From the human T2T-CHM13v2.0 reference genome, Homo sapiens: a stretch of 64,000 nt of DNA. This document shows positions 59,479-64,000 of the stretch, one piece after another (position 1 is the first letter of the stretch; each line of letters starts with the position of its first letter). The stretch lies in the NCBI RefSeq assembly GCF_009914755.1, contig NC_060933.1. The stretch is one strand, 5' to 3'. The notes under the pieces are model-generated. The model saw nothing but the letters and a program-made list of their open reading frames with translations. It did not search any database and was not told the DNA's origin. The translations under genes were made by a program, and so were the position numbers.

Positions 59479-59561
59479 TTAAATAGTGAACATACTAATT
59501 TCCATTTTCTAAATTCCCTAGTTGTACTTTCTATCTCTGTTTTTGCTTTCTTTATGCACTC
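59479..59561 (-). promoter_or_regulatory. IFNA4 promoter: TATTTAA box and VRE-A
   Basis: The minus strand reads GAGTGCATAAAGAAAGCAAAAACAGAGATAGAAAGTACAACTAGGGAATTTAGAAAATGGAAATTAGTATGTTCACTATTTAA. Confidence 0.9.
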
Positions 59562-62279
59562 TCTACATGTGTTTAAAAAGTTTTTCATTTTTTTTCATCA
59601 TTGCCTATTTTTCACCTGCACTCAAAGGCTTTTATGGTATTTTTTTCTAATTGAAATCTTCATGAAATTTTAATAACACAGATTTGGCATATCTATTTAT
59701 GTATATTACGTATACCTCTACTTCACAGATAAAAACTACAAAGTTTGCTCTTTTTATTCAAAGTAAAGAATGACAGAAAAGTTAAACTAAAATTTAAGTT
59801 TAAAAGCTATTGACATTTAACTTAATTTGATAAGTATATTTGTGGAATAACTTTTAGTGTAATTTGTTCATGTAAATTTTGTATCAAAGTACATATGCAA
59901 AATAAAAATCTATATAGATACACATTAATAATATGAATATAATTACATATCCAATCATTCAAAACTCCTAAAAATATGAATGAATAATTTTTTAAAATTT
60001 TTCTCTTAGTGTATGAAGCTTTGAATTTTGCTTTATATGACAAAATAATTTGTAAACTTCACCAGCTGCAGTATTCATCCAGATGTTGCCAACACTTTTT
60101 TCTTTTCAGCACTTGACATAAATATTGATGTGTTGAATAACTTTACTAGAAATAAATCATATAATATAAGCTATTTGCATTGAATTCTCAAAGTCTACAA
60201 AACATCTTGAAGAACTGAGGATCAAACATAAGTAAGAACCATAAGATAGTCAATGGCAGCCCAAAGATATGCAGGTTAAAGCCACATATTGTGATAAGAC
60301 CTTAAGATCCAGCAAAAAATGGACAAAAAGTCCTCCAATCACAGTCATCTATTTGCCATAGGTTTGTAACACTGGTCTTACAAATATTTTGTTTATCTTC
60401 ATGAACTCAATACCAGTGCTTCTCATATCATACACAAAAAAACCCAATGAGAAAGATATATATTAAGCAATGAAATTTTGTTGGATAGAATTGTTGGAGA
60501 GTCACAAACTATTGTAATATGTCAGATTTGTTTACACTACGAGAACTAATTTTCGTACCCTTAGAAGAAGTGTCATTCCAATAAACATATGTGACTTAGA
60601 AAATATTATGAATTAAATTATTTTTGGCATTTTTCATTGAAGTTCATATTCCCTAAAGGTTTTCAGAAGTTCCTATCCAAGTCAATTCTTATCAAATAAA
60701 AAAGACCATCTTTGTTGTAAATTCATAAATTTATAATTATTGAATATTATCATGTAAAGAATTAACTTTCAGAGTGATCCTGAACTCTGGCTCTACCTTT
60801 TTGTTGTTTTTTTTTTTTTTTGCATAAGAAGTTTTTTTTTGCATAAGTAGGCCCTATAGATACTGAGTCCTTAAATGGAATGAGGTCTGTTTTAGCAAAT
60901 CAGCTATTTAGTAAGTGGAGTTTTTACTAGTTTCTCATTTTTTCTTCTACTGGAAAGTGTTCAAGAATGAAGCTATTTTGCTTCCTCATGGCCATATTTG
61001 CTGGGATTGTAATAGACAATCACAAAAATTTCCATTCAGTGTTTACTGAGAGTCAGTAATGCCCATTTAGTTTACTGCTAAAACCACTGGGATTCTAGTT
61101 TTTTTTAAGTGCATGTAGATCTGGGGATTCAAGTTGCAAGAGCAGCATAATATCATCCTTTGCCTAGCACTATATTAACTATTTATGACTTCATCTCTAA
61201 TCTGTCCTCTACTTTGTTATAATAGAAAATAACTAGCCTGGTGTCAAATGCAGAGTCACATATCTAAATTCAAACTCTCCAATTCACACAGTTTATAGGA
61301 GTCAGACAATTTGCTATTCCCAAAAGTATGGAATAATAGCCTCTCTTCCCCAAATAATCCTACAGCTTTCCTTCCCTGGATCAAATCCCGAGAATGTGTA
61401 TGTGAACTGTGAAGACTTGTGACATCATTTTTCCATCATTTATAAATTTCAGCTTTAAATCATGTGATAATCTTTTAATGACACGGGTAGAAAATGAGCT
61501 GGTTTATATAAGGTAGAAATTATGAAATGGATCAATTTTAGAAAATAACCAAACACATTTTATTATTCATTATTTTAAATAATTCATTTAAATTCTTTAT
61601 ATCATTGAACAATTAAAATATTCTACATTGTGAAATGTGCACAGGGGTTTCCATAAATAGGAGCTTTCATTTCAGAAATGTATATTTTGTACATTGATTT
61701 AGTTGTTGATCCAGTCAACACATTTTTATTGAATTTTGGGCTCATCCTTTTATTAGACCCTGAGAATACAGGGCAATTTTGCCCAAGTTATTATTCTTAG
61801 TCTTTGAAACACTGGGGGAGAGAGTATTTTTTTCTTTGTTCGCTTGAGAGTGTATTGGGAATTTTTGCATATTCATTTTTCATGTTGTATTTTACTGTGA
61901 AAATTGGTTTTTCTATACTTTGATTTCTTTCATTTTCACATTCAGGTTAGTGTCAATGAAAGAATACAAATATAATTTTTAAATGGACTATACAATGGTT
62001 CTATGTGGTATTCACAACAGCAAATATATTTATATTTCTCACTTCACTTTTCCTAGAAAGTAAAAGTGGTCTGATTTTTCATCTTAATTTATGGGAACAA
62101 AAAGAAAACAAATGTATGTCTAAATGTGATAAACATGTAAGAGGAGAAATACTTAATGCAAATGACAAGTTAATGGGTACAGCAAACCAACATGGCACAT
62201 GTATACCTATGTACCAAACTTGCCCGTTGAGCACATTTACCCTGGAACTTAAAGTATAGTACAAAAAAAAAAAAATGAC

Positions 62280-62514
62280 CAGAGGGGAACTTAGAAAATA
62301 TCTTGAGACCGATGAAAATGAAAACACAACATACCAAGACGTATGTGATGCAGTGAAAACAGAGCTAAAGGGGAAATTGAAAGCTGTAAAAGCTTATATT
62401 AAAAAAGAAGAAAGACCTCAAACCAATGAACTACTTTACAAGTTAAGGAACTAGAAAAAGAAGAAATAAACACATAGTAAGGAAGAGGAAGAAAATAAGA
62501 AAGACTAAAGCAGA
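62280..62514 (+). mobile_element. Truncated paralog of the L1M at 41320
   Basis: Near-identical to 41320-41556, then ends abruptly at the pseudogene. Confidence 0.9.
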
Positions 62515-63100
62515 CCCCAGGTCTTCATCCTTACTTCTCAGTCCTTGCAAGTCTGTTGATGAAGAGAAGGATTTCATGATTCCATTCTGACAACCTCCTA
62601 AGCACAGTCACTGTATTTCTTCTCTTTCAGGTAGATTCTCTGGATTCCCATGGATTCCCTGGAAGTACCTCCTCAAGGCCAGTATAGGGCCCCAATCACC
62701 CCCACAGATTCTTCCTCTCCTGTTGCCTGCCCTAAGCAAGACTCCAGGCATTCGAGCTGCTGATGAAATCCAGTGTGGAGCTGGTCCAGGAGGGTCATGT
62801 TCCAGGCAGCAGAGGAGCGCTCTGTGGGGAAGAGGCTGAAGATCTGCTGAAGCATCTCATGGAGGACAGACACAGCCTGGGCCTTCTGCAAATGACTGCC
62901 ATCCACATCTCCAGGGGGAACCTGAAGTCTCTTCTGTCCTTGAGACACAAGAAAGTGGAGATTCTGCACATTTGGCCCAGAAGTGCCAAGGTGTTCCTGC
63001 TAAGTAGGCCACGGTTCTGAGGCAGTTCAAAGCCCAGAGATCCAACAGGGCCACAGTGGCAAAGCAGCAGGGCCACCAGTAGAACAAGCAGTAGGACCAT
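62515..63100 (-). pseudogene. IFNWP9: Interferon omega pseudogene lacking stop codon and 3'UTR (IFNWP9 by gene order)
   Basis: Omega homology with the same 1-bp deletion (near 62906) as the other pseudogene, a different second frameshift near 62690, and Cys1 changed to Phe. Confidence 0.85.
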
Positions 63101-63218
63101 TGGGAAACGAGGGTGCTGCTGGCCTAGCTGAGCTGGGGTCGGGATGAACCCCGCACTCCAGGTTCTCTCAAGGCATTCTTTTTATGCATGGCTTATAGCT
63201 GGAAACAAATAGTTTTCA

Positions 63219-64000
63219 GGATTGGCCAAGATGGCCGACTGGAACCTGCTAGTGTGTGCCACTCTCATGGAGAGAAATGGAAGGGGCAAGTAAATACAGC
63301 ACCTTCAACTGAAACAACCGGGTGCACACATTGAGACTCAAGAAAACAACTTGACCCATGGAGAATAAAGCAAAGTAAGGCAGGACAACTGCCCCCCCAG
63401 GAGTGACACAGAGCCAGGGGAGCCTCTCCTGCCCAGGGAAGTGGTGAGTAAGTGAGCAGCCCTGGGGACCCACGCTTCTCCCACAGATCTTTGCAATCCT
63501 CAGGTCAGGAGATCTCCTAGTGAACCCACTCTACCAGGGCGTTTAGTCTGACATGCAGGGCTACGTAGGGTTTCAGCAGAGCAGCCACTCTCGCATGCAT
63601 GGGTACCCTGGAGCCTTAGATACCCAGGCCTCCCCACAAAAGAAGCTATAACTCCAGCCAAGCAGGACGCTAGACCCCTATACATACCCCTAGGAAAGGG
63701 GTTTCATCCAGGGCGCTGGGCAGTGACAAGTGACAGGCCCACCTTCCATGGCCTGTCTCAGGGTAAGACCCACTGACTTGGGAATCCAGCCAGACACTGG
63801 TAGCAGCCTCATACCTCCCTGACATGGAGCTCCCTGCGGCAGGGGGTGGGCTGCCATCTTTGCTCTTTCACAATCTTAGCTATTGGAGCCTTTGGGTTCT
63901 CGGGAGTCCAAGGCAGCTAGGGACTGGAGCAGCCACCCAGCACAGTCCAGCAGCTCTACGGGGAAGCAGTCAGATTGGTTATTCATGTCGATCCCAAATC
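63219..64000 (+). mobile_element. L1 5'UTR, paralog of 51157 onward (runs off the window)
   Basis: ggccaagatggccgactgg... is colinear with 51157-51930. Confidence 0.9.

Noticed and set aside
59510-59521. GGGAATTTAG in the IFNA4 promoter as an NF-kB site
   Set aside because: It lacks the terminal CC of the GGGRNNYYCC consensus, so it is only a half-site.

Overview
Primate (almost certainly human) genomic DNA from the type I interferon cluster (9p21.3 by gene content and order). All IFN genes are intronless and on the minus strand: IFNW1 (12843-13430), IFNA21 (37893-38462), an IFN-omega pseudogene (50439-51038, IFNWP15 by order), IFNA4 (58816-59385) and a second, 3'-truncated omega pseudogene (62515-63100, IFNWP9 by order). 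The rest is mostly L1, Alu, L2/MIR, MaLR and ERV1 remnants, two DNA-transposon MITEs, a Y3 RNA retrocopy and simple repeats. Comparing paralogous flanks by eye shows a decayed tandem array of IFN cassettes. The main observations are: (1) an apparent 'ghost' IFN locus between IFNW1 and IFNA21 that keeps IFN-type 3' and 5' flanks but has no coding region; (2) an L1 5' end sitting head-to-head where the virus-responsive element of both omega pseudogenes should be; (3) a roughly 8.9 kb deletion fusing an L1 to the last codons of the second pseudogene; (4) an inversion-created 285-aa L1 ORF2 C-terminal ORF upstream of IFNW1; (5) an IFNA4 allele with Thr74 plus Glu137. I found no evidence for a wholly new gene system. 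Repeat subfamily calls are from memory of consensus sequences, repeat boundaries are approximate, and identity figures are visual estimates.
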